From NCBI GenBank assembly GCA_010093805.1, contig ML996104.1, positions 1 through 64,000 of the forward strand: a DNA stretch of 64,000 nucleotides. The letters run 5' to 3'. A program made the translations under genes and the position numbers. Below, one piece after another: positions 42,243 through 53,159 of the stretch. The first letter of the stretch is position 1. Every line of letters begins with the position of its first letter. A model generated the notes under the pieces. The model saw only the letters and a list, made by a program, of their open reading frames with translations. It had not been told where the DNA came from and did no database searches. This stretch comes from Polyplosphaeria fusca (Eukaryota).

Positions 42243-43997
42243 ATGAACGATCTTCCCGAGTTGGAAGATTGGCGGACATACCCACAAAGCCTTGTGGCAC
42301 AAGGCTGCAATGCTTACGGCTATGACTGCCTCGATTACACTGAGCAATTGCAACGCGAATCAGATCGTCTGTTCGTAACCAGAGATAGGATATGCCTTAA
42401 GGTGGTGGAGTTTACATTGCAAGGTAAAATTCCATTGACCTTCCTATATCTAACTACTTTACTCATGTTTTTGTAGGCCCTTGGGAGCAAGTTTTTGGCC
42501 AGTCTGATGAGGTGGATGCTTACTTCCAGGTAGGACCATCTTCTCCGAAGCTCATTGTCAAGGCTAAGTTGCGATAGCGACCGCGGCCAGCAGGTGCCAC
42601 CAGACTCATGTACGTATGCTTGTAGGGACACAGTTTGGTTTTCGCTGATTCTCGACCCGCTTACAGTTTAATCCCACAGCAGTCATCATGGGGCAAACTC
42701 GGAATTTCTCTAGAATGCGCGCTGAAGTTGTTCACTACTCTTCAGGTGTTTCCCGGATTCATCGACATACTCCGAGCATTTGGCCAAAAGTCGAGTGCCA
42801 TCGATGAATCATATGGGGGCTTCTCATTCCAGGAAAATGAGCTATCGCACGTCGCAGGTATGCTGAATATGACCTCTTTCCCTTGATTTTCAGAGACTCA
42901 CGAGTTCAGAATGCGCATACACGGTGAAGTTCCCAGAAGAGCACGGCCGCGACGAGCCTCGCGATCCCTGGTCTGTGAGACAGATGGGTGTTTACCAACA
43001 ACGCACCAAAGACAGCGGAGGTACCACGATCGTGCTTAATCCTTCCAAGTCATTTTTGCGACGTCTGAAGAGGGTTTCATCCCGCCCAGCGCCATTGACT
43101 CCATGGGAGATCCAGGTGATGGCCCTGTCAGCTTCCATGGAGAAATGGAGATGGTACATCAGCGAACTGGAAGCACGGGTTACGGAAGGGGTACGTATTC
43201 GAAATGTGTCGTGTTCGTGCACCTGCTGAAGTGGAAAGAAAACAAATGCGCAATTGTCCTCGATGAGCGAGAAAACGCCGTCCCCTCTAACCTTCGGAGA
43301 CACTCAAGACATACAGGTCCTTCAAGACAAGCTATCGCAAAGCCTTCATTACCTCACCACAAACCGCGTCATCATAAAGCAAATTCACTTGAAGCGTGAA
43401 AAAATACTGGGTGTTGGTAAAAACGCGGAGGATCCGTTTGTCGAGAATCTGATTGTGCAGGCATCGATGCATGCCGATCGAGTCAAGAGCATATTGAAGA
43501 GGTGCAAGGGCGCACAGATTCTGGTTAGTGTTCGAGTCGAGAAGATGTTTGTGGGAATACTGACTCCAAAAGGCACAATCATTTTTAGACTTCACTTGCC
43601 TAGAGAGCGTGAAGGCAAGTAGTAGATCCATGACTGAGCTTCAACGGCTCTCACAACAGGAGGCTGAGATACTCCTTGGGCTTACAATGAAGGCTTCTCG
43701 CGATACTGACATCCTGAAAACATTGACAATGCTCACTCTCATATACCTGCCCGCTTCGCTCGTATCAGTGAGTATGGCCCCAGCACCTAGAGGAAAGAAA
43801 TGCTGATCAAACGATGCTAGTCTATGATGGGCATGGGCTACATCAAAATTGTGAGGAACGAGAATAGGATCAGTATGAGAATCGATAGCGAGATGTGGAT
43901 TTTCGTTTTCTTGGTAGTGATTCTGCTCGTCGTTACAATGGGTAGTTACTATCTGTGGCTCAGGAATAAGCGCGCAAAGCGATACAGAAACTGCTAG
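42243..43997 (+). CDS. Fungal CorA-like membrane protein (two C-terminal TM helices, degenerate GMN motif)
   Basis: Eight exons splice in frame. N-domain motifs IPQQSSWGKLGIS...VFPGFIDILRAFG and DPWSVRQMGVYQQ, WRWYISELE. C-terminus LKTLTMLTLIYLPASLVSSMMGMGY...MWIFVFLVVILLVVTMGSYYLW. Confidence 0.85.
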
Positions 43998-44090
43998 GAC
44001 CGCCAGAGCCCCCATGGTAATGTACAGCAATATACAGTAAAGCGTTGGCAATGCAAAAACAGCGGAAGGGAAAAGAATACGCAAGACTAC

Positions 44091-46642
44091 TTATTCGAGG
44101 GAGAAGCCCAGCGTGTTGTGCATTGCTCTCCTGCACTGCTCGTACTCTTTATCCTCTATCCGCCACTCCTCTTTCATCTTTCTGTAGGTGTTGTAGAAAG
44201 CATTTCGGCTGTGCTCATGATTGAACGCAAGCTCAACAGATTTGCATTCGAACTTTGTGCTGTCTTCCTCTTTCTCTAGGAATGTGCTACTCATGGGTAT
44301 CCCAGGGACCTGCTCGCCTTTTGAAGGCTTCAACATTGATACGGAGAAGGTAGGGTCTCGTTTTCGGTCCGTTGGGATTAACTTGATGTGTTTGGAGCTT
44401 GACGCGCTTTCAAGGCGCTCAAGACGGACATTTTTGGCGAAGCGAATCGTGAGGATGTTTGTAGGGAAATAAATTACGACCCGCCGACGGGTAGGCTCGG
44501 AAAAGAGATTTCGCCGAACACTTCGACGATGGCCACGGCTCGATCGTAGTGGAGGATGGAGGTGAGCATTCTCGGACCACAGTTCGACAGTGATAGCGGC
44601 CTCGATCGGAGTGTTCGTATCTCGCCGCACTCGATGCCGCTTACGTTCTATGTTGCAATCTTGAATGGGTAAAGAGCTCATAATGTCCTGGCCGATGAAA
44701 GCAGAGAGGCCAAGCAGCCTGTCAGACTCTTCCCGGAAGTATAATCTTGTGAAAGGAAACTCAGGCGTTCCAGACTTCATGATGGAAAAATATAGATGGC
44801 AGTCTGCATATCCTTCATGTAGTCGACTGTGAGAGGCATAACGCGGGACAAGCTTGGTTTGTGATCGAGGGCCAACCTTCATTCGAACAGCTGCCCTGTC
44901 ATCCTGTGTTGCGGACAAGACATGTACGTCCTGATGAGCATCTTCGACAATCGTCAGTGATCCAGGTACCCAAGTTCCAGTGGTGTTATAGAGCATCGAT
45001 TGTATCCTACGAGTTACGTGGGCAGCGTACTCGACTTCGTCTTCACCGACGGCGACTTGTCCAGACAATGGTGCCGCCGAGTCAACGTGAAATCGATTCA
45101 AGATACCATCCAATCTTTGGCAGACTTGTTGAGATGATAGCCTCTCCAGTTTAAGTGGGTGGAGCATATTCAGGATGAGATCGGATATTTCGTGTAGAAA
45201 CTCTCTGCTCTGCCAAGTCATAGCATGCGTTGGATTGCGAAGATCTTCAACCCATCTCGACACCGTCGGTTTTAGCTGATAGCATTCTTTCGTATTATTG
45301 TATTCCCAAAATCGGTCTTCTGCAATATTTCCTTGGCGTGTCAATCGGGCTTTGTCCAGGAGCTTCACCCCGTCGTGTCCTTTAACGATGTAAGTTAGGA
45401 TCTCCAAGATGATGCAGCCAAGAGACCAAATGTCGTATTTCCGATTGTATCGAGCGTTGGTCAAGTCGATTTCAGGTGGAGCGTACGCCTCGCTACCGCC
45501 AAAGGGTGTAATTCTGGATGTGTCGCCGACGGGTTGAAACCTAGCTAGGCCAAAATCAGATATGAGAAAGGTGCCGTTCGGTTCAACAAGAATGTTTGCT
45601 GGCTTCAAATCCAAATGGTAGCCGTAAAGAGGCTTGCTCTCGTTAGGCGGAGTATAATTAATGACGTGCGAGAGTGCCTTTGCGATGCCAAATGCTTGGT
45701 CCCATAAAGGACTAGTTTGGATATTGGTGTCTTGAAGGGACGGTGCCGCATAGTATGAATCTCTCAAGTATGCGCCGAGGTTCGTCATGGACCGGAGAAA
45801 GATGAAATTGAATGTCTCTCCGTGCTTGTATGCCTTCACAAGTCTGACAAGGTGGGGATCGTGTAGCTCTTTTACAAGCTCGAGGTTGGAACGTTCTGCG
45901 TGGAATGCGGCTGATGATGTGCTAAACAACTCCTTTCGAACGTACAAAGTGTTGGAGTTGGGGTCAGGCTGTATTTGAGCTATGAGCTATCGGTTCTGCA
46001 ACCGGAGGCTGACAAGGGGCGGCTTACTGACAAATGGTCATATTCTGGCAGGATTCGGAAAGAAAAGACTCGACCGAATCCACCATGTTGTGGGACCAGG
46101 TCTCCGTCTTCATTGCGTGCCAGCAGTGACTGCTCCTCTATGAATGGGAGCTTGGTGGACTTTGAAAAGTCGGCGAAACTTTGGCCGTCAATGAAAGGCA
46201 GGAAGAATTGGTGCCTGAACCAGGAGAACCTCTTCGCAAAATGCGAGGAGCGGGTCTTGTCCTGGTCGTCGAATTCTTTCCAAATACAAGTTCGGATGTA
46301 GTGTGGGACCAATTCCTCTAGGCGCTGGCCTATGGAGGTGTCGCCGAGGTGGACGAAGTAGGGTATTAGTTGGGGGCAACCGATGTAGCCGAGAAGAGAA
46401 AAGGTAATGAGGCATTGCCCAAGGATAGATGTTGCCAAAGTGTGGACCGGGGGCGTGGAGCTCTGGAGGCTGCGTTGTTCATGGCATGTCGCGCAGGCAC
46501 AGTGCAGAACGGCGCAGATGGCATCGTGAGTGCATGGCGCCTCGAGCTCGCTTCTCGGAAACACAGCCTTGTGCTGGTCGGCGGCGTCCTCGTTGATGGC
46601 GCAGGCCCCAATTTGGTGCTGGAAAGCGGCGCACGCGTGCAT
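44091..46642 (-). CDS. Ser/Thr protein kinase with Cys-rich N-terminal domain and ~330-aa uncharacterised C-terminal domain
   Basis: Gly-loop HGGFGRVF, YVRK lysine, HLDLKPANIL, SDFGLA, YAPPE and DIWSLGC are all intact. Intron 46027-45969 joins the two ORFs in frame; ATG at 46642. Confidence 0.9.
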
Positions 46643-46986
46643 GAGGGTCAGCACACAGCGGCCCGTGGATCAATGTCGCGATGCATCAAGGAGGCAGCAG
46701 GAGTACTTGTAAGAGCAAAGCAGACGATCGAGTAGGTAGTCGACGATGATGAACGAGGCGCCGGCCATGGCAGGATGCGCTCCGGGCGCAGCTAGCCGTG
46801 ATGGCTGACCGGGGGTGGCACTGGAGGGCACTGGGTGGTGGTGGTTGGTTGGGGTGAATGGCACCGACGGTGGTCCTTCCCCTACGGCCGGCGAGCTATC
46901 TATTACATACTGTTCATGGCGTGCTCGGCCTCCTCCTCCTCCTCCTCATCCTCCTCTGCAACCGCCGTCAAAAACCCTCCGTGGCC

Positions 46987-48279
46987 ATGGACCATCCTCT
47001 TCACGCCTTTCTCGCCCGCCATGCCGCCGTACGCTTTGTTCGTTTCCAATGGCTCGATCTGTCCGGCATCCTGCGGGCCCGCATCGTCACCAAATCATAC
47101 ACGCTGCAGCTGATTGCGCGTCACCAGTTCCTCTCAGTAGCCACTGCCATGATGTTGCTTCCGGTGAGCAACCCCCAAGTCGCGAAGCTGCCGCCAACGG
47201 GCTGTGCAGACCTTCGACCCGACTGGTCGTCGCTTCGCCTCTGTCTGTTCGCTCCAATGCACGCCTCTGTTATGTGTCACTTTTGCATGCCCGCGCTTGA
47301 TGACCCTTTCGCCCTCTGTCCAAGGTCGGCTTTAGATCGCGTGCTGAGCCATGCTGTATCATCTGCCAACTCCCTACGCCTCGGTCTGGAGGTCGAGTTT
47401 GTCGTGTTACCCCCGGACCGCGACACCTCGTGCCATCCTGATTCCATCACGTCCAACAGCGCCACTTCGGGTTTGAGGAGCAACAGCGTGCTGGCTGCTC
47501 TGGAGGAAACTGTGGCCATGTTAGAGGAGTCCGGTGTTGCTGTCCAGGACTTCCATGCCGAGGGCCCGTTGCAGCTAGAGATAGCTACCGGGCCACTGGC
47601 GCCATTGGAAGCTGTAGATGCCTTGATCTACACCCAAGAGACTGTCAGGAGCGTCTTTGCTCGGCACGGGCTTGTAGCAACAATGGCCCCAGATGCAGCC
47701 CCATCAGCTGCCAAATCTGGTCTTCATATTCACATTTCTTTAGGCGATGCTGACCAAGAGGATTCCTTCCTGAGCGGCATGTTAGACAATACACTGTCCA
47801 TCGCTGCGCTCGGACTTGCAAGCATGGACAGTTTTGTGAGAGTGCAAGATCTCATGAATGCCACTGGCGCTTGGGTGAGCTGGGGACTGCAGCATCGCGA
47901 CGTCCCTATACGCAAAGTGGCCCGTGGTCATTGGGAGATTCGGTGTGTTGACGCGACCGCCAATCCATATCTTGTCGTCGCTTTGATCATTGCGGCTGGA
48001 TTGGAAGGTATCACTTCAAAAAGACCTCTCACCATGGTCGGACTGTCCGATTTTGCCACCAACTACCCACGACCGCAACTCGAAGAAGCCGGCGTGAAAG
48101 ACAAGTTACCCTCGACCATGAACGCCGCGATAACCATTGCTCACGCATCTCCCATTGTCAATGCGACGTTTGGAAAGGCTCTCAGCGAAGCATACTTATC
48201 GGTAAAGAGAGTCGACCTCGAAGCAATGCACGACATGGACAGTGAGACACGCAGAAGACTCTTCTCGGCCGTGTTTTGA
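46987..48279 (+). CDS. Glutamine-synthetase-like protein (FluG C-domain / gamma-glutamyl ligase type), intronless
   Basis: RFVRFQWLDLSGILRAR, GLEVEF, FHAEGPLQLEI, SGLHIHISL, SWGLQHRDVPIR and WEIRCVDATANPYL. 430 aa from ATG 46987, with no amidohydrolase domain. Confidence 0.9.
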   Translation: MDHPLHAFLARHAAVRFVRFQWLDLSGILRARIVTKSYTLQLIARHQFLSVATAMMLLPVSNPQVAKLPPTGCADLRPDWSSLRLCLFAPMHASVMCHFCMPALDDPFALCPRSALDRVLSHAVSSANSLRLGLEVEFVVLPPDRDTSCHPDSITSNSATSGLRSNSVLAALEETVAMLEESGVAVQDFHAEGPLQLEIATGPLAPLEAVDALIYTQETVRSVFARHGLVATMAPDAAPSAAKSGLHIHISLGDADQEDSFLSGMLDNTLSIAALGLASMDSFVRVQDLMNATGAWVSWGLQHRDVPIRKVARGHWEIRCVDATANPYLVVALIIAAGLEGITSKRPLTMVGLSDFATNYPRPQLEEAGVKDKLPSTMNAAITIAHASPIVNATFGKALSEAYLSVKRVDLEAMHDMDSETRRRLFSAVF

Positions 48280-48287
48280 TGAGAGAT

Positions 48288-48635
48288 TTAATTGATTAAC
48301 ACCTTCCCATGCACCGTACGGTACCTCTCTCCGTCCATCATTTGCGAGCGGCTGCGCAATAATTAGTGACACACGCTGGGGCGCAATACCAGCCCGAACC
48401 TTGACGAGCGCTTACTTTACACGCTTCGTCGTCAGCCCGTTGGCGACATGATCAAATACTCGCTTCCATCATCCACCACATCAGGAGTCTGTTGGCACTG
48501 CTCTTCTCCTTTCTGGTTGTTCTGATTGGCCTCTACGGCCTCTTTCCAAGGCTGCTTCCGAGTATCTTCAGCTTGCGCGGATTCAATCTCCTTGGCCCAC
48601 TCATTCTTCGAGCTTTCGTTGTTCGACGAGTCCAT
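48288..48635 (-). pseudogene. Small hypothetical gene (~94 aa if one base is restored; otherwise a 67-aa ORF ending at 48432)
   Basis: ATG at 48635 (MDSSNNESSKNEWAKEIE...). Canonical intron 48415-48352 (GTAAGC...CTAAT...CAG). Downstream frame KRVFDHVANGLTTKRVN/RSQMMDGERYRTVHGKVLIN* is one base out of phase near 48464. Confidence 0.5.
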
Positions 48636-49191
48636 TCTTGCTACGGGGCTTGAATAAACAATGTGGAGATATTGTGCAAATGGGTGTCTTCGCTTCAGCG
48701 TTCGGATGCTAAAATTCGATATATGCTTGCGGACATATAATCTTGAACAAGTTTGAGCCGTGCCGCACCCCCGCTTTCGCACCCCGCTGAGTTGCTGCAC
48801 GTCTCAAACAAAACAATATGATGTGCAGATGCAACTTTGCCTTAGGGCCAATTGGCCCCCACCAGAATTCACACTTATCAATAATGATTGTCGCCAGCCC
48901 TCTACACCATTGGGCTGACCAGAAGTTGGATGATAACGATACGAGCAGACCAGCTTGGCCCGTGGCTGCGTGCATACGTGGTACTGCCTCATGGGCCGGT
49001 GAACATGTCAGGCAAATGTGTCACCTGGTCTCAGTAATTGGGTGCGGAGGTTTGAGGCTCTGCTCTCGTCCATGCCGCGGCAAGAGCGGATGCGTGCTAG
49101 AAACGGTGGAGTACGCAGCCTTCCCTACCTTGAGAGCCCACCTAGTTCCATCGTGAAGGGAGGAGCCTCACATCAAAAAGAAGACGCCGCC

Positions 49192-50286
49192 ATGGTTGTT
49201 CATCAAGTCGCCAAATTCCACTACCTCCGTTGGGACGATAAGTTCACCCACGAGAAGCCATACTCGATTCTCTCGGGCATCTCTGACGACAGTCCTGTTT
49301 TGAAAAGCAATGTCAGCTTCGAGGAGAACCCGAACGAAGAAACTATCACAGATATGCGCGAGGCTCCGCATAGCTACAGTTTGGACACACATGGCTTCAA
49401 CTTCCATCAGGTCCAGTCGAGTTTTGCCAATTGGTTTGACCGGGAACAGGTCGAATCGGTCTTCATCCCACAAGTCGTTGAGCCGTTTTTGAAGAAGCAT
49501 GTACCGAATGCACATCGAATTGTCGTGTTCAATTGGCGTGTATGTAAGATATGTGTAATACGAGGCAGCGAGTTGATGAAACTATTCAGTTGAGACGAAA
49601 TATTTGCGACGAAGACAGTAACCGGGTAGACTTGAACGACGGCACTCACCCCATCTTACCAGCGAGAGCTGTACATATCGGTAAGAAATATGCCCCTTCT
49701 ATCGTCGTCGCTTTACCTCAGCGAGGCTGACACCGGAAGACCAAACACCCGCAGGAGTCGTCCGCAGAGTGAGGCATCACTTAGGCAAAGACGAAGCAAA
49801 CAAAGCATTAAAAGGTCGCGTTCGATTGATCAAGTACGACTACCTTCCCCATGCGCCAAGGCGAAGCACTAATCAAGTCACTTTCTAGCTTCTGGAAGCC
49901 GCTTCGTTATCCCGTACGCGACGCCCCGTTAGCTATTTGTGATGGAAGCGTTGTGCGCATGCAAGACTTGATCGGTTGCGACCTTGTGAAGCGAACCTAT
50001 ACAGGAGAGACAGCCTTCATCCTGCCCAATCCCCTCTTCAGGTGGTACTACCTCAGCGACCAACGAGAGGACGAGGCCCTGATCTTCAAAATGTTCGATT
50101 CTGACTCTTCGTGCCCTGCAAGATGTAAGAACTCAGCAGTCTCTTCTCTCAGACCGAGCACCACGTTGGTGAAGCTAATGGTAGCTAGCGTGTCCCCATG
50201 CGGCCTTTACACCATCCAAGGAATATGATGAGTCGTATCCACGAGAGAGCATTGAAGTCCGAGCTCTGATACTAAGCGATGTCTGA
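49192..50286 (+). CDS. CmcJ/AsaB/NvfI-family non-heme iron oxygenase
   Basis: Five exons splice in frame: EKPY, YSLDTHGF, VFNWRLRR, ARAVHID (HxD), RLINFWKPL...DAPLAICDG, WYYLSDQ...LIFKMFDS, CPHAAF and RESIEVRAL. Confidence 0.9.
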
Positions 50287-50416
50287 GTGTATGGTATGTG
50301 GAGGCTGCTGGTGTTTGATCATGGTGAACGATTCTTTGGAATGCGGTTTCGGCATCTAGGAGGCCATCTCGTCTAGCATTCGACAGGCCCAATTACTAAT
50401 AGTCCTAGTTACGTTT

Positions 50417-52419
50417 TCAGAATGTGAGCCCTGAGCCATCAGCCAATCTCGGATCGGCAGAAGCCTCGAATGAACCGTTGGGTAACTTGCGAATGGCCTC
50501 GGCTTCAGTGTAGCCAGGCGCAACCCATGTTATATTGTGCCATCGATTTGCAATGAATGCGGTCGTGTCATTGTCATACCCATACTCGAAAAGTGTTTCA
50601 GGTGGTATCAACTGATCATGAAAGCGCGGCTGAGCTAGGACGGTGTGCACGTCGAGGCCTTGGTCTAATGTACCCCATAGAATCTGTAAGACCGCTGAAA
50701 TGATTCGAGATCCACCGGCGGAGCCTGCGGCGAAATAGAATGTGGAGTTTAGAAGATGGTCCACGATCACAGGGCTCATGGAGGACAAAGGAGTCTTTCT
50801 GGGACGTATAAAGTTGGCTGGGGCGGGTATGTATCCGAATCCGTTGGATGTGTCTGGAACAGAGAAGTCGTTCATTTGGTTATTCATAACAACGCCAGTT
50901 TCAGGCACCATGATATATGAACCCCATGGATTGTTGATAGTGGTAGTCAGACTGATGACAAGGCCGTTTGCATCAGCAGCGACGATATGAGATGTCCCGC
51001 TACTGCAAATCTGTAAGCCACGGTAGCTTCATAGGAACCCAAAGACGTACTCGTGGGGAATCTCCAATCCTTCAGGGTCATAGTCAGAAACATTCAACGT
51101 ATGAAGGTCAGAAATTTTCCCCCGGTTAATAGCAGCAACATTGCTGCTGATCATCTCGTTCTGATACTCTCTCATGCCCGTCAAGAAGTATGAATCCCCA
51201 AGGTTCGGTCTCTAAATGAAAGTTAGTTGAGGCCTTTGATCAGGACATTGGAGGAGTCTCATCAAATCATGTCATCAAAAAGCATCGACGAACGTACCAT
51301 ACCGAAGCCGAATTTGAGAGCCTCGATGACGCGATGTACGCTCAACTCTCTAGCGTGCCGGGCACCAATATCTGCATAACCCTCGAGTAACTTCATCGCG
51401 CTGAGGGTCACCGCCCCACTAGCAGGAGCTTCACATGCAGTAATCTTATAATCTCGATACGTGATGGATAGTGGAGCCCGAATCTTTACATTATATGCCG
51501 CCAAATCGTTCAAAGTCATGGTTCCATTTCTGGCCGTGACTGCATTGATGGTTGCCTTGGCAAGTTCCCCTGTATAGAAATATGCAGGCCCGTGTTTGGC
51601 TATCGCTTCGAGAGTGTTCGCATATCGATGACGGATCATCATGTCTCCAAAGCCCAAGCGTGTACCATTGGGCGCGAAGTCCTGAGACCAGGCCGAGTCG
51701 GAGGTCATGAACTCTGTGTCCGGCAGATCCATATTGCGGGCCAGGTCATAAGAGACGGTAAAACCATTCCGAGCGATATCAATGGCCGGTTGCACTAGCC
51801 GCGCCCAAGGTAGGCGGCCGTACGTCTTGCTCAGATACTCGAGACCACGAAGCTCTCCTGGCGTTGCGCTTGAAATGGTCAGCGTCTCACTTATCTGTCG
51901 AGAGATAGATCAAAGACACACCTTGACAGCCCTCCATGAAGAGAGGCGTTGATATTATCGCGAAACATGTCCTCGAAGGCGGCGGCTGGTGCAGTCTCGC
52001 GAAAGTCGACCATGTCGTATGAGCCGTTGGAGCGTCTCACTAACGCAAACCCGCCACCACCTATGCCACTATGATACATGCTAACGACACCGATGCAGAA
52101 GACTGTACCTACGATCTGTGAAGCTGTTAATCAACGGGCTTCTGTGCATTAGGGTGACTTGGATTACCGCATCAGCAGCATTTCCACCTTCCTGCATGAT
52201 GTCGATGCCAACCCGGGAGCAGAGCTTATTCTCCGAAGACAAGGCCCCTTTCGTTCCTTCATCATTGTAGTGATGCGACGGTGGGTTATGGAATGGAAAC
52301 GAGGGTGGTGCGTGGGCCACGGTAGCAAAGCGCATGTACGAGGCTACAGTCAGTACCGACAGTAACAGAATAGCTATTGCCATGGCGCGATTCCCTAGCC
52401 CAGACCCATTAGCCCGCAT
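50417..52419 (-). CDS. Gamma-glutamyltranspeptidase (Ntn hydrolase) with N-terminal signal anchor
   Basis: GGNAADA, GMYHSGIGGGGF, DFRETAPAAA, catalytic GTSHI...SLTTTIN, NNQMNDFS, PLSSMSP and GSAGGSRII. Four introns. Confidence 0.93.
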
Positions 52420-52463
52420 ATGGGAATGTAGACAGCTAGTCGTGTAGCGGAACGGAGGCTAGA

Positions 52464-52870
52464 GGAACGGGAACGGGAACGGGCACGGAGGCATCAACTA
52501 CTCCCGCAACTGCTAGGCTGGGGAGGGAGGTTGAAACCACGTCGGGATGGCATGCACGGGCCGCGGTGCGACGATGCACAAGGACACGCTTGGCACCTGG
52601 CCTTGCGGTACACACGTCTTGATGTTGATTAAGCTTGGGACTTGTTTTCCAAAGTCGAGCAAAACAATAGTGCAGAGGTAGTCTTATTCCTGTGCGGTGG
52701 AAAGAAGGAGCGCGCAGAAGCCCAGCTGCCATGGTACGCACGGACGCTGGATTGGAGCTCTTCGCGTGCCTGCGGGGTAGCTTGAGCGCCTCCAAGGTCA
52801 TTGCCAGCTCCCAAACTCTCCAAATGTCGCCTGTACCTCGGTACTGTACTGTACTATACTGTACTATACT
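52464..52870. repeat. Short tandem repeats upstream of the GGT gene
   Basis: (GGAACG)x3-4 at 52464-52487 and (GTACT/ATACT)x6 at 52841-52870. Confidence 0.75.
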
Positions 52871-53159
52871 GCCACAAGGCGCGCACAAGCAAGCGCCATC
52901 TCCGCTCCCTGGATGTCTTCTTCCCATGTTTCCCCATGCTCATCCATGCTCTTCCATGGCCCTCTATGATCCTCCATGCACTTCCCCTGCGGTGAATGCC
53001 AGCCTCGCCTCCAAGGCGCTCTGTAGAGTGATATGCTTCAGGCTGTGCCTCCCCTCCAATCCATCATTGCCGCCATTCGCCAGCCATCGTATTGTCTAGG
53101 GTGTCTTTTCGCCAACACGCACCAGGTTTGTGCACATGCCGTGTCTCGAGTGCGTCGCT

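Noticed and set aside
46858..46986. Leu-rich N-terminal extension on the GS-like ORF resembling a signal peptide
   Set aside because: The poly-Leu comes from a (CCT)n microsatellite. GS homology starts just after ATG 46987.
48432..48635. Dikaritin-type RiPP precursor (prompted by the GGT gene, as in the ustiloxin cluster)
   Set aside because: No signal peptide, no tandem KR-delimited core repeats and no DUF3328 gene nearby. Kept only as a weaker speculation in the findings.
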